A DNA stretch of 64,000 bases from Bdellovibrionota bacterium (lineage in GTDB: Bacteria > Bdellovibrionota_G > JALEGL01 > DATDPG01): NCBI GenBank assembly GCA_963668355.1, contig OY764265.1:416001-480000 (forward strand), in the 5' to 3' direction. Below the pieces are notes generated by a model that was given only the letters and a program-made list of their open reading frames with translations, had not been told where the DNA came from and did no database searches. Shown here piece after piece: positions 47,165-56,948 of the stretch. The position numbers were made by a program, and so were the translations under genes. Each line of letters begins with the position of its first letter. The stretch's first letter is position 1.

Positions 47165-49426
47165 CTAAACACGAAGACGCTCTTGCACCGGAATAAGAGC
47201 TTCGTAGCGATTCGGCACCTCAACCTGGATAGCATTAAACACATCGATCGAAGCATCTTTTCGAGGATCTGAAACCGTAAGAACCACGGCAAAAGGCGTT
47301 TCGGGATCTGAAAGAGTCCAACGTGATTCTTGCTCTACAAGAAGCTCCCATTCGCCGTTTGCCACATTCCGACTAAACACTTTATTAAATCTGATTACAG
47401 TCGAATACCGGTCTTTCAAGAATTCAGAACCCCCACCTGCCGCAACTGCCCTCAGTTCTTCTTCCGTCGCTCGCTTTGACAATTTTGTCCGAAGATGTGA
47501 CTTGCAATAGCCAGTTTTTAACGCCCTATTTGTTTCTGGAGAAAACGCGACAGTATAACGAATACCAAGCTTGTCATTACCTCTCCTGCTAGTTAAACAT
47601 GAGGGGACATTAAATGGTAAACGTACAATTTTTCGATATCCAATCGTTCCTTGATACACGTAGTTTTGGTTCCACCTGTCTGAAGCTAGCAAGAATTCCG
47701 GATCTGGAATGCCATTCCCGACTAAGCGAAGCATCATCTTTGTTCCAATTCCTTTTATCCCCGGAATATCGCATGTGTGTATCAGAAGAGCCCTTACAAG
47801 CTCAGGAGTGCAATTCGGAATTTTTTCAAAAATCCGTGCACCTAACGCTGAAACGATTGGTGCTGAATAGCTCGTGCCGTTTCCGTATGAAATTCTATCC
47901 CCTTCTTTTCCAATTCCCGCAACTGAAAGATCGTCGAAATCGCGCCAATTTGAAGCTAAGTTTCCTCCTTGAGCTACCAAGTCGGGTTTTCTGTAACTGT
48001 TAAACCCTGGCCCCCTTCTAGTGAAGGGAGAAGGGCAATCAACTTTCGCCATGCTTCCGTCATTTTCACGATCGGCAACTGAACCAACGGTCAAAGCAAG
48101 CATGGCCTCTCCTGGGTTGCACATTCTATTGCCTTCATTTTTGAAATATTTTGGATAAGGTTCAGTTGGCTTCGGTGCAGTCCCAGAGATCGGAAAATTC
48201 CCCGTTGTTAAAACAAATAAGACTTTAAACCGTTTGCTCAACTTGTCGATTTCAGCAGCAATAGCCCCCACATGGTCATCTGTCACAACAGATGCAACAT
48301 CTTTCCTTCGAACCAAATTCATAGAAAGATTGTAGACTCTGATTTCTCTGTGCCATCTTGTCACAGTATCTCTGAGTATCTTTAGGAACTCATCACCTCT
48401 AGCAGGTTTTGGATTTCCTATTTCATCGAAACTCTTCATACACACACTCAACACCTTCACCTGGGGAGTAAGGACGCCTTTCGCAATTTCATCTCTTAAC
48501 GAGTTTCCAAAAATGATGCGACTCGCAACAAAACTTCCATGATCAACGTCGTGTGGCGGCCCTATGGGCTCCTCTCTATCGAGTATGCTGCTATCAAGAA
48601 ACCTTGAGCCAGCTACGACTCCCGAATCGAAAATACAAACTTTTGCGTCGGAAGAGTTCGGCAAAACACTCACGCCATCTTCAATTCGCGCTCCTGGCCT
48701 AGAAGACTCTACAAACACTTCGTCTACAGGATCTACTGTTTGAATGCACAAGAACGAGTCTACAAGACCATCTATATCCTCTGCCTTTGCTTTAATCCGA
48801 AGTACCCTACCAAAGTCGGTTTCAACATCGCTCAAGACTGAACCATCTCTACTACTTAAATACTCATCGATCGCACGTTTTAGTACCTGCTGTTCTTCGT
48901 TCGTAAGATCAGAAAACAAAGAAACAAGAGCTTCGCCATCGAATTGCCTGTTTTTAATCAATGAAGCGAGCCCTTTGCTAATCTTTTCTTCCCTAGGTAT
49001 GTCGGATATTTTGTTTATAGGAGCAAACTTTGATTTACCAACATGAGTGTCAGTATTTTTATAGGTTTCAAGTTGATCTACAAGCGTGTTGAAGGAACGA
49101 TCAAGAGTACTAAAATGGCCTATTTGCTTTGATTCCGTCCCAACTAAACTTCCTTGGATATTTTGGCTAAGCTTCTGCCCATCAGACGTCCACATGTTCT
49201 TTTCTTTTGGAAATTGTACCCTGAAGTACCTCCGTTGGGTGAGCTCTTTGTCCTTTTGTTTTGCAAAAATCGCTTTTAAGACTTGCGCTTCTTTAAAAAG
49301 TTTTTTTGAATGTCGAGCATAATCATTTCGCGGATACGTCCCCCCACCTCCGCCGCTCTCGTAAGTTCTATCCTCAATAGATTTGTGCTCACTTATCTTC
49401 AGGTGAGGTCGTAGATTCTCGTTCAT
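47165..49426 (-). CDS. S8 subtilisin-like protease (IetS-like)
   Basis: Catalytic triad IFDSGV, DHGSFVA, GTSYSAP; KPDLVAQGGN; no signal peptide. Confidence 0.88.
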   Translation of the reverse strand: MNENLRPHLKISEHKSIEDRTYESGGGGGTYPRNDYARHSKKLFKEAQVLKAIFAKQKDKELTQRRYFRVQFPKEKNMWTSDGQKLSQNIQGSLVGTESKQIGHFSTLDRSFNTLVDQLETYKNTDTHVGKSKFAPINKISDIPREEKISKGLASLIKNRQFDGEALVSLFSDLTNEEQQVLKRAIDEYLSSRDGSVLSDVETDFGRVLRIKAKAEDIDGLVDSFLCIQTVDPVDEVFVESSRPGARIEDGVSVLPNSSDAKVCIFDSGVVAGSRFLDSSILDREEPIGPPHDVDHGSFVASRIIFGNSLRDEIAKGVLTPQVKVLSVCMKSFDEIGNPKPARGDEFLKILRDTVTRWHREIRVYNLSMNLVRRKDVASVVTDDHVGAIAAEIDKLSKRFKVLFVLTTGNFPISGTAPKPTEPYPKYFKNEGNRMCNPGEAMLALTVGSVADRENDGSMAKVDCPSPFTRRGPGFNSYRKPDLVAQGGNLASNWRDFDDLSVAGIGKEGDRISYGNGTSYSAPIVSALGARIFEKIPNCTPELVRALLIHTCDIPGIKGIGTKMMLRLVGNGIPDPEFLLASDRWNQNYVYQGTIGYRKIVRLPFNVPSCLTSRRGNDKLGIRYTVAFSPETNRALKTGYCKSHLRTKLSKRATEEELRAVAAGGGSEFLKDRYSTVIRFNKVFSRNVANGEWELLVEQESRWTLSDPETPFAVVLTVSDPRKDASIDVFNAIQVEVPNRYEALIPVQERLRV

Positions 49427-50555
49427 TTTCTAGCTCCCAGTTCGAAAACCGAAGGTGTAGCGTCGAATGAGGAATTCCCGATAATTCCTCCAACATTTTG
49501 AAAGAAAATTTCGAATTTGTAAGTGATTTCAACGAAAGAGCTGCTATCAACATACGTTCATCTATTTTCTCTTGATCGTTCCGAAACATTCTTTTCAAGA
49601 AATCGAGAATAGAAACAAAAAGGAAGGGAGTTGTATCATTCCCGTTTGCAATTATTTTTCTCCTTCTAGCATTTTCACAAACCTGTTCAATATCTGAACC
49701 GGTCAGACCATTGGTTGTCCTCAAAAGCAGAGGTTTATACTTTTTGGATATAGTCTCATTTAGATACAATTCGAATAGAGACAAACGATCCATTTCGTCG
49801 GGAGTTTCGAGTTCTAGTACAAATTCAAAACGGCGCCATATGGCCGCATCAAGCATATGGGGATGGTTTGTAGCTGAAATTAGTATTGATCGGCCTGGAG
49901 TTATATCCAGATTTTGGAGCAAAGAAATAACAACTCTCTTTAACTCGCCAAGCTCATTTCGATCATCTCTCAATTTTCCAATGGCATCCAATTCATCAAT
50001 GAACAGTACGCACCGGTTTACAGATACAAAATCAAAAATCGTTCTCAAATTTGCACTAGTTTCACCGAGATATGACGAGATCAAACTATCAAATCTCACA
50101 ATAAAAAGACGAAGCTTCAAAATACTGGCTATATGGTTTGCTAACAACGTCTTCCCACAACCCGGAGGACCGTGGAGGAGTACTGTTCGTCTCGGCTTCA
50201 AACCCTTTGCCTTTAGCCGTTCTTCATTTCGCCATTCCCCCAAAAACTCTGTAATGAGTTCATTTGTGTTCTTTGGAAAAATTGGAATGATCTCGTCGCT
50301 CAACATGACCTCGTGGAGAATTTTTGGTGGACTAGAATTTAATGGACCAGACGGAGACGCGACTGTTCCAAAAGCATCTTCGATCCCCGCTTTGGACACT
50401 GCGATTTCTATTGCCTCATCTATTCTGTGAGCAGCCTGAAAGTGCCTCTTTTTTCTCTCTTCGTCTGCTGCAGCACGACCGATCTTCTCTATTTCGCCCC
50501 AATCTCTGCGCGATATAGCCTCTAAAATTTCAAGAAAGCGTCCAACGGATGGCAT
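49389..50555 (-). CDS. AAA+ ATPase (IetA-like)
   Basis: GPPGCGKT, ISSYLGET, FIDELDAIGKLR...GELKRVV, ATNHP.MLDAAIWRRF; overlaps the protease. Confidence 0.9.
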   Translation of the reverse strand: MPSVGRFLEILEAISRRDWGEIEKIGRAAADEERKKRHFQAAHRIDEAIEIAVSKAGIEDAFGTVASPSGPLNSSPPKILHEVMLSDEIIPIFPKNTNELITEFLGEWRNEERLKAKGLKPRRTVLLHGPPGCGKTLLANHIASILKLRLFIVRFDSLISSYLGETSANLRTIFDFVSVNRCVLFIDELDAIGKLRDDRNELGELKRVVISLLQNLDITPGRSILISATNHPHMLDAAIWRRFEFVLELETPDEMDRLSLFELYLNETISKKYKPLLLRTTNGLTGSDIEQVCENARRRKIIANGNDTTPFLFVSILDFLKRMFRNDQEKIDERMLIAALSLKSLTNSKFSFKMLEELSGIPHSTLHLRFSNWELENERESTTSPEDK

Positions 50556-50743
50556 TTTACCAACTTCCTTACGAATAAATGATTATAACTACCTATAATC
50601 ACTATAGTAACACACTCATCCAAAAATTGGCAGAAAAGTGGCCCTTTGGATAAAGCTGTTGTTTTGATTCAGAATTTCAATAAACCGCGATCTGGCTTAG
50701 GTCACAAAACCTAATAACATTTTCCCATCCCTCCCCAATTTTC

Positions 50744-51838
50744 TCAAAGGGTGGCACCCTTCTTCTCAGCCGAGAGTACTTTCGGGGGACCAAAACGATC
50801 ATAATCAGAACTATACGCATCGGGCGCCAGATGCGCATATCGCATTGTCATCTGAACCGATTTGTGGCCTAGAATTTTTTGTAGTTTAAAAATATCTCCT
50901 CCTCTCATCACCCAATGAGAGGCGAAGGAGTGTCTCAAGTCGTGAAAAACGATATATCGTCTTTTCTTTCCATTTCTCTCGACTCTTGGAAACCCAGCTC
51001 GATCTAAAGTCTTATGAAAAATTTCTTGAAACACTTGTGACGACTCGCCGTACATCCGTCCACTGTCGTTTGGGAACACAATATCGCCCGGACACTTGAG
51101 TCTCCATGCTCGTAGAAGAGGTAGAATAATGTTCAGAATGGGAACATATCTAATTTCTCCATTCTTTGTCGGCCCATGATAGCTACGCTGAACGGATATG
51201 AGACGTTTTTCAAAATTCACATCCGACCATCGTAAACCTGCAATTTCACCCGCCCTCATACCAGTGTAGACAGCTGTCGCATACAAGACATATGTGCGTT
51301 CGCAATGCATTTTTGCCGCCGAAAGAAATCGATGAATTTCCTTGTCGGAACGTAGGTAATGAAAATCTTTCTCAAACAGTCTGATTTTTGGTTTTCGTAT
51401 TCGCGGCACTTTGGACAACCAATTTTTCTCATGTGCCACTCGGAGCATCGAAATCAAGAGTGTAATGTGATTGTGGAGAGTCTTCTTGTTTAAGTGGGCA
51501 CGTTTAACCTTAAACTGGTCAACGGCCTCGCCAACTTCATCTAAATTCATATTCCCAAAAAAAGGACGTAAATGAGCCCTTACAACGCTCTCGTCGTCTC
51601 TTTTACGCCTCTTCTCGACGCTGAAATGCGACAGGTAGTAGTTGCAGAGATCATTAAATAAAAATTTTTTTGGAACTAGTTCCCTGAGCCCCCTCTTCGC
51701 CTCTTGAGCCTCGGCCTGGTTCCTTGCTAGGGAAAACTTGGCGTCATCAAAAGTGGTGTGAACTTCGCTTTGCCTGTTTCCTTTTTCGTCCGTCCATCGA
51801 ATTCTCCATCCTTTTCCGTGGCGTATCGGTCTCGACAT
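50744..51838 (-). CDS. Tyrosine recombinase/integrase
   Basis: TGMRAGE, PTKNG, HDLRHSFAS, LGH, TMRYAHL catalytic residues; N-terminal arm-binding-like WRIRW. Confidence 0.93.
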   Translation of the reverse strand: MSRPIRHGKGWRIRWTDEKGNRQSEVHTTFDDAKFSLARNQAEAQEAKRGLRELVPKKFLFNDLCNYYLSHFSVEKRRKRDDESVVRAHLRPFFGNMNLDEVGEAVDQFKVKRAHLNKKTLHNHITLLISMLRVAHEKNWLSKVPRIRKPKIRLFEKDFHYLRSDKEIHRFLSAAKMHCERTYVLYATAVYTGMRAGEIAGLRWSDVNFEKRLISVQRSYHGPTKNGEIRYVPILNIILPLLRAWRLKCPGDIVFPNDSGRMYGESSQVFQEIFHKTLDRAGFPRVERNGKKRRYIVFHDLRHSFASHWVMRGGDIFKLQKILGHKSVQMTMRYAHLAPDAYSSDYDRFGPPKVLSAEKKGATL

Positions 51839-51870
51839 ATATTTTTGCTATCGCAGGTGAAAAAGATAAT

Positions 51871-51901
51871 CCGCTGCAGATTTTTTTAAATTTTCTGCAC
51901 C
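51871..51901. promoter_or_regulatory. 31-bp operator-like site upstream of the integrase
   Basis: ccgctgcagatttttttaaattttctgcacc, 29/31 identical to 47016-47046. Confidence 0.7.
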
Positions 51902-51913
51902 CAGAACCCGAAT

Positions 51914-51932
51914 TGGCCCAAGATTGGCCCAA
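51914..51932. promoter_or_regulatory. Putative integrase arm-type sites, right end
   Basis: tggcccaagattggcccaa, identical to 42587-42605. Confidence 0.7.
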
Positions 51933-51972
51933 AAGAAAAAGGCGGGGCCACGATCCGTTTCGTAACCCCGCC
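51931..51972 (-). terminator. Terminator downstream of tRNA-Met
   Basis: ggcgggg...ccccgcc stem followed by a U-run on the minus strand. Confidence 0.6.
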
Positions 51973-51989
51973 AAATTGTTAGTTAAAAT

Positions 51990-52066
<77 letters not shown>

Positions 52067-52080
52067 ACAAATGTTGGGCT

Positions 52081-52109
52081 CTTATAAGGAGGGTGTCTTT
52101 GGATGTCAA
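52081..52109 (-). promoter_or_regulatory. Sigma70 promoter of tRNA-Met
   Basis: TTGACA-17nt-TATAAG on the minus strand, 14 nt upstream of the tRNA. Confidence 0.75.
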
Positions 52110-53792
52110 CTACTTGGATGGTCTTTTTGCCAAATTGCTGGCCAGAGCGGAATCCACATGGCATCCGTCAATTTGAAAGTTTTGACAGAAGTCGTGCATT
52201 TCCACGGCCAGTCTGCGAGAGAGCTCGGCTCCATGGTCTTTGGGCGTGTGGGAGAAGGAGAAGAGTGAATTCCCTCGGATACGACTTAAAAAGTCTCGAA
52301 TGGGAGCGGGAATGATGACTTCTCCCACCCATTCCTGTTCGGACGGGTTCAAAGGATGGGGCGCTGGAAGCGCATAGGTAAACCCCGCTTCTCTTAATGG
52401 GTTTTCCAATCCGTGGGTTTTTCTCATATCAATGAGGCGGTCCATCACCGGATCTCCCACAATAAAGGAGGGGCTTACGCCTTGGAGTTGGGGCGAGTGT
52501 CCTCCGGCGGTGAAGAACATGTATTCCGTGAAAGCCAGAACCCGGCCTTTTTGCAGAGGATAGATGCTGGTCACACTGCCTTTTCCATAGGTGGGGCCGC
52601 TTCCAACGACCATGGCTCTTCCGTAGTCGGAAGGGGAAAGCACTTGGGCGATGAGTTCTGCAGCCGAGGCGGTTTTCTCGTTGATCAGTATGATCATGGG
52701 CGCGTAGGTAATTTGTCCGGGGGTTATGGCCCGCTCAACGAGGTTTAAGTCCGGCCTTCCTTCCCGATTCCAAGCGGAAGCTACGGGACCTCGGTCAATG
52801 AAGAGGTCGGCCACTTTTCCGGTTTCTTGGTAGTTTCCTCCGGGGTTCCAACGCAGATCTAAAATGAGGCCTTTGTGGTTGGGGTGTTTTTCAATTTCAT
52901 CTCGAATTTGGTCAGCGACCCCCCCGCCAAACTGAAAGACGCGAAGATGCAATACGTTTTGATCCAAGATTCGGGAACGTACGAAGCGAATGGGAATTTT
53001 TTCGTAGGTGATGCTGAACGAATATGGCCTTCCCTCTCCGTTTAAGATCCGGATTTCAATGCTTTCTCCGGGCGTCCCGTGCAAAAGGTCTGTGAGCTGG
53101 GATTCGTTGAGATCTTGAACGGATGTCATGTTTTGATAGGTGCCCAGGTGGGTGATGCGGTCTCCAGGTTGAACGCGACTTACGTCAGCGGGAGAATCTT
53201 CGTAAACATCCACCACGGTGATGCCTTGGTCGGTTTTGACAAACTCAATGCCCAAGCTGCCACGATTTCCTTGGGATTGCTCCCACAACCGTCGGGCGTT
53301 TTTGTGGCTAAGAATGCGCGAGTGTGGATCCATTTCCATTAAGAACGCGTTGATCCACGCATCCCAGATTTCTCTGGTGGAATACGCGTAGGCGGTGCTT
53401 AAGGAGATGGCACGTGGAAAGTCGCAACTGATTTCCGTTCCGCGATCTGAAATTTCCACGGGATTTTCGTTCGCCAAAAAGTCTCGTAATTTTGGATATT
53501 TTTCCATATCCAATCTGGGCAAGAAGACCGCCAGTTGTTTGGCGGCGCGATTGAGTCGGTCGGCCATTTCTCGATCACTTCTGAGTTTTCGAAAATGTCG
53601 TTCGGTAAGAGTCCCTAAAATCTCTAGGCCTTCCTCGCAAGGCGTGTTTTCTTCATTCAAAATTCCCTGATTATAGGAAGCAGACCATGCGGTATCGATG
53701 GAAGCCAATTGCGGATCGGGCACGGCCTGGACAGACGCGTGGCCACCCCAAAATAAAAGACACAGACAGATGTTCCCCCAGAATCGGCTCAT
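52110..53792 (-). CDS. S41A carboxyl-terminal processing protease with PDZ
   Basis: Signal peptide from ATG 53792; DPHS, GSLGI (PDZ), DLRWNPGG, TASAAE, TYGKGSV. Confidence 0.88.
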   Translation of the reverse strand: MSRFWGNICLCLLFWGGHASVQAVPDPQLASIDTAWSASYNQGILNEENTPCEEGLEILGTLTERHFRKLRSDREMADRLNRAAKQLAVFLPRLDMEKYPKLRDFLANENPVEISDRGTEISCDFPRAISLSTAYAYSTREIWDAWINAFLMEMDPHSRILSHKNARRLWEQSQGNRGSLGIEFVKTDQGITVVDVYEDSPADVSRVQPGDRITHLGTYQNMTSVQDLNESQLTDLLHGTPGESIEIRILNGEGRPYSFSITYEKIPIRFVRSRILDQNVLHLRVFQFGGGVADQIRDEIEKHPNHKGLILDLRWNPGGNYQETGKVADLFIDRGPVASAWNREGRPDLNLVERAITPGQITYAPMIILINEKTASAAELIAQVLSPSDYGRAMVVGSGPTYGKGSVTSIYPLQKGRVLAFTEYMFFTAGGHSPQLQGVSPSFIVGDPVMDRLIDMRKTHGLENPLREAGFTYALPAPHPLNPSEQEWVGEVIIPAPIRDFLSRIRGNSLFSFSHTPKDHGAELSRRLAVEMHDFCQNFQIDGCHVDSALASNLAKRPSK

Positions 53793-53937
53793 AAACCCCC
53801 CTTTTACGAGCTTTGATTTCTGAATATAAAATTGACGCGCACATGTCAAGATTTTACGCGTGCGCGGCAAAAGAGGTTCTTTTGTGTAGATACGGAAGCA
53901 GTGCATGTCCCCGCAAATCGGGTATCGTTAGGAAAGC

Positions 53938-55524
53938 TTGAGGAAGAAAGGAATAGGACGAGCGGCTGGAACGGTAGGCGGAGCCACCTTCTTGAGCCGT
54001 ATTTTTGGTCTGACGCGGGATCTCTTGTTTGCCGCCCTTTTGGGCGCGGGATTTTTTGCGGATGCCTATGTGATCGCCTTTCGCATTCCGAATTTATTGC
54101 GGGATCTTTTTGCGGAAGGGGCCTTCTCAAACGCGTTTGTTCCCACGTTTACGGATTATCGCCTGAATCGCTCTCGGGAGCAGGCTTGGGCGTTGGGAAA
54201 TTTGGTCCTGGGCGTTTTGCTTCTGGTTGTGGGCCTTTTGACGCTCTTGGGTATTTTTCTGTCTCCCGAGATTGTCTCCCTCATTGCTCCTGGATTTGGT
54301 GAGATTCCTGGCAAACATGAATTGACGGTTCTCTTAACTCGAATCATGTTCCCTTTCCTTCCGGCGATTGCCATGGCCTCTCTATTCATGGGCATGCTCA
54401 ATTCGCATGAGGAGTTTACGGCCCCGGCTTTCGCTCCGGTGTTGTTCAATGTGGTGTCCATTCTATTTGGCCTTTCGCTTTGGTTCATGGGGGCGGGGGG
54501 AAAAGTCGCGGTGGTGGGCTGGTCCATTGGAACGCTTTGTGGGGGCTTGGCTCAAGCAGCCATTCAACTTCCCAAACTTTCGCAATTGGGTTGGAAGATT
54601 CGACCTCGCCTGAAAGGTTGGAAGTCGGAACCGGGTTTGAAGCAAATCGGCCTGTTGATGTTGCCAGCGGTGATTGGGTTATCGGCCACGCAGATCAATA
54701 TTTTGGTTAACACGATTTTGGCGTCTTTATTGGAACAAGGCGCGCCTTCTTGGCTCAATTATGCTTTTCGGCTCATGCAACTGCCCATTGGCGTCTTTGG
54801 CGTGGCGGTAGCGGTGGTCACGCTTTCGAAGGTTTCTCAAGCGGCTGCTGAAGGCTCAGACGAGGATTTTCGGAGTCATTTGGCGGAGTCCTTGGGCTTG
54901 GTTTTTGTTCTAACCATTCCCTGCGCGGTGGGGCTTTGGATTTTGGGAGAGCCCATCATTCGTTTGATTTATGAACGGGGTGCGTTTTTATCCACGGATA
55001 CGTCTGCGACGGCTCAAGCCCTCACCCACTACGCCATTGGTCTTCCCGCATACGCCGCTGTGAAGGTTTTGGCCCCCGCGTTTTACGCTCGAAAAAATGC
55101 GCGCGCGCCCATGTTTGCCAGCATTGCTGCCGTGATCGTGAATATTGTTTTCAATCTGGCGGTGTATCGAACCATGGGCTTTAAAGGATTGGCGTTGGGA
55201 ACGTCCTTGGCGATGATGGTGAACTTGGGGTTATTGACGTTTTGGTTTCAAACGGGTCAGGTGGGTTTGCCACTGTGGAAGTTATCCAAGCGTGTGTTCA
55301 TGATTGGACTCTCTTGCGTTCCGATGGCCTGGGTGGCCCTGGAAGGTCATGGGTATTTAAGCGGACAAGTTCCGGGATTCTTTGGTTATCTTTTGGATAC
55401 ATTGGTGCCCATTGTTCTGGCCGCGTTGGTGTATTTTGCTGGGATCAGTTTCTTGCGCGTTCCAGAAGCGAAATTGGTGCGTGAGGCCTTTTTGAAAATC
55501 GCGCGAAAAGTCATCGGTCGGTAA
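53938..55524 (+). CDS. murJ: Lipid II flippase MurJ
   Basis: SRIFGLTRD, AFRIPNLLRDLFAEGA, RLMQLPIGVFG. Confidence 0.93.
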   Translation: MRKKGIGRAAGTVGGATFLSRIFGLTRDLLFAALLGAGFFADAYVIAFRIPNLLRDLFAEGAFSNAFVPTFTDYRLNRSREQAWALGNLVLGVLLLVVGLLTLLGIFLSPEIVSLIAPGFGEIPGKHELTVLLTRIMFPFLPAIAMASLFMGMLNSHEEFTAPAFAPVLFNVVSILFGLSLWFMGAGGKVAVVGWSIGTLCGGLAQAAIQLPKLSQLGWKIRPRLKGWKSEPGLKQIGLLMLPAVIGLSATQINILVNTILASLLEQGAPSWLNYAFRLMQLPIGVFGVAVAVVTLSKVSQAAAEGSDEDFRSHLAESLGLVFVLTIPCAVGLWILGEPIIRLIYERGAFLSTDTSATAQALTHYAIGLPAYAAVKVLAPAFYARKNARAPMFASIAAVIVNIVFNLAVYRTMGFKGLALGTSLAMMVNLGLLTFWFQTGQVGLPLWKLSKRVFMIGLSCVPMAWVALEGHGYLSGQVPGFFGYLLDTLVPIVLAALVYFAGISFLRVPEAKLVREAFLKIARKVIGR

Positions 55525-55558
55525 TCCCCTCTCTCATTTGGGCTCTCGTCACGTCTAT

Positions 55559-55607
55559 TTCATATGGACAGCAATACACAAAAAACGTATATTGGTGTCC
55601 ATATGAA
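55559..55607. promoter_or_regulatory. Inverted repeat overlapping the antitoxin start, putative autoregulatory operator
   Basis: ttcatatggacagcaatac...gtatattggtgtccatatgaa. Confidence 0.65.
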
Positions 55608-56199
55608 TTTGCCTCCCCAGATCACTCAGAGAGTTCGGGAAATCGCCCAGAAAACACGAGGGGTCCTAACTTCAAAGGATCTTAAGCTTCTTCTCGCCCC
55701 CAAAAATTCGCGAGGGTTTCTTTTGCGAATTCAGGATCTCATTGAGGCTGGAGTCATCCGACGTTTTTGCCAAGGAGTGTACGTCTCACCCGAATTCGAT
55801 TGGGAAGTCTTGAGCCAAACGTTGGCCCCCGATTCTTACGTAAGTTTTGAGTTTGTATTATCAAAGAATCTTTTGATTGGTGTCCGTCCAGACCGAGAAA
55901 TTAAAGCCGTCAAGGTCGGAAAGAAACGTGTGTATCAAAATGAAGTGGGCCGAATCATTCATTTGGGCATCAAACCGGAGCTTTTTTTCGGCTTTAACAT
56001 CATCCAAGGCGTAAAAGTCGCAGAAGTCGAAAAGGCCTGGCTAGACACACTCTATTTTCACCAACGTGGCTATTCTTTCTCCTTCGATATTTTTTCAGAT
56101 GTCGACCTTTCAAAAATAAACAAACGAAAACTGAAGGGCTTTTTGAAACGCTATGAAAACTCTAAATTTAGAAGTTTTGCAGAAAGGTTGAGTTTATGA
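55603..56199 (+). CDS. AbiEi-like antitoxin (type IV TA)
   Basis: N-terminal wHTH (IRRFCQGVY), PDSYVSFEFVL, AEVEKAWLDTLY; overlaps the NTase by 4 bp. Confidence 0.75.
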   Translation: MNLPPQITQRVREIAQKTRGVLTSKDLKLLLAPKNSRGFLLRIQDLIEAGVIRRFCQGVYVSPEFDWEVLSQTLAPDSYVSFEFVLSKNLLIGVRPDREIKAVKVGKKRVYQNEVGRIIHLGIKPELFFGFNIIQGVKVAEVEKAWLDTLYFHQRGYSFSFDIFSDVDLSKINKRKLKGFLKRYENSKFRSFAERLSL

Positions 56200-56948
56200 C
56201 TATACCTCTACCTTCAGAACTCAATGAAAAAAGCTTAATGCTGTGGTGGATGCATCGCCTGGCAGAGGAATTTAGTCATCAAGCGATTTTGAAAGGGGGA
56301 ATGGCTCTGGCGCTGTTAAATTCTCCCCGCAAAACCAATGACCTTGACTATGTATTCGTTCCTTTTCGCTCTAAGAAAGACATTGAGAAAAAACTGCGAC
56401 AAGTCGCCAAGGAGATTCCAGAAGCTAAAGTCACGCTCTCTCACCATTCTAAAACGCTTCGCATCGCGATCTCAGTAGATGATCTTTCCATCCAGATCGA
56501 AGCCAATGTCGCTCTGGAATGTGAAAGTCTGGTCACAACCACAGCTAGTTTAGCTCAAAGTTTGAACATACTTCCAAAACCCATTCGAATCATGTCTTTG
56601 GATGTGGCCTTGGCTCATAAGCTCGCCGCCTGGAATGAACGTCGATTGTTTCGAGATCTTTTTGATGTTTACTTCTTATTCGAAGTCCAAGGAGAAAAAC
56701 CCGATCTAAAAACACTCGTAAACCGTTTAAGCAAAATTGAATCCAGAATTCCAAAAAACAAAGGCATCAAAAAATTAACCGTTCTTTCTTTTTCAGATTT
56801 GTTGGAGAAAGAACTCCAAAAAATCACGCAAAGCGACCTAGAGGAAGAGTTGGGCGGTATAATCGCACCTGTAGAACTGATCGGGTTGCAACAACGAATG
56901 AAGGCCACACTTGCGCGCCTGGTTCATCATCTTAGGCTCGTGAAATAG
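56196..56948 (+). CDS. AbiEii-like nucleotidyltransferase toxin
   Basis: ILKGGMAL...RKTNDLDY, AHKLAAWNER..RDLFD. Confidence 0.82.
   Translation: MTIPLPSELNEKSLMLWWMHRLAEEFSHQAILKGGMALALLNSPRKTNDLDYVFVPFRSKKDIEKKLRQVAKEIPEAKVTLSHHSKTLRIAISVDDLSIQIEANVALECESLVTTTASLAQSLNILPKPIRIMSLDVALAHKLAAWNERRLFRDLFDVYFLFEVQGEKPDLKTLVNRLSKIESRIPKNKGIKKLTVLSFSDLLEKELQKITQSDLEEELGGIIAPVELIGLQQRMKATLARLVHHLRLVK

Noticed and set aside
49711..50430. 239-aa plus-strand ORF in the island
   Set aside because: In-register antisense shadow of the AAA ATPase
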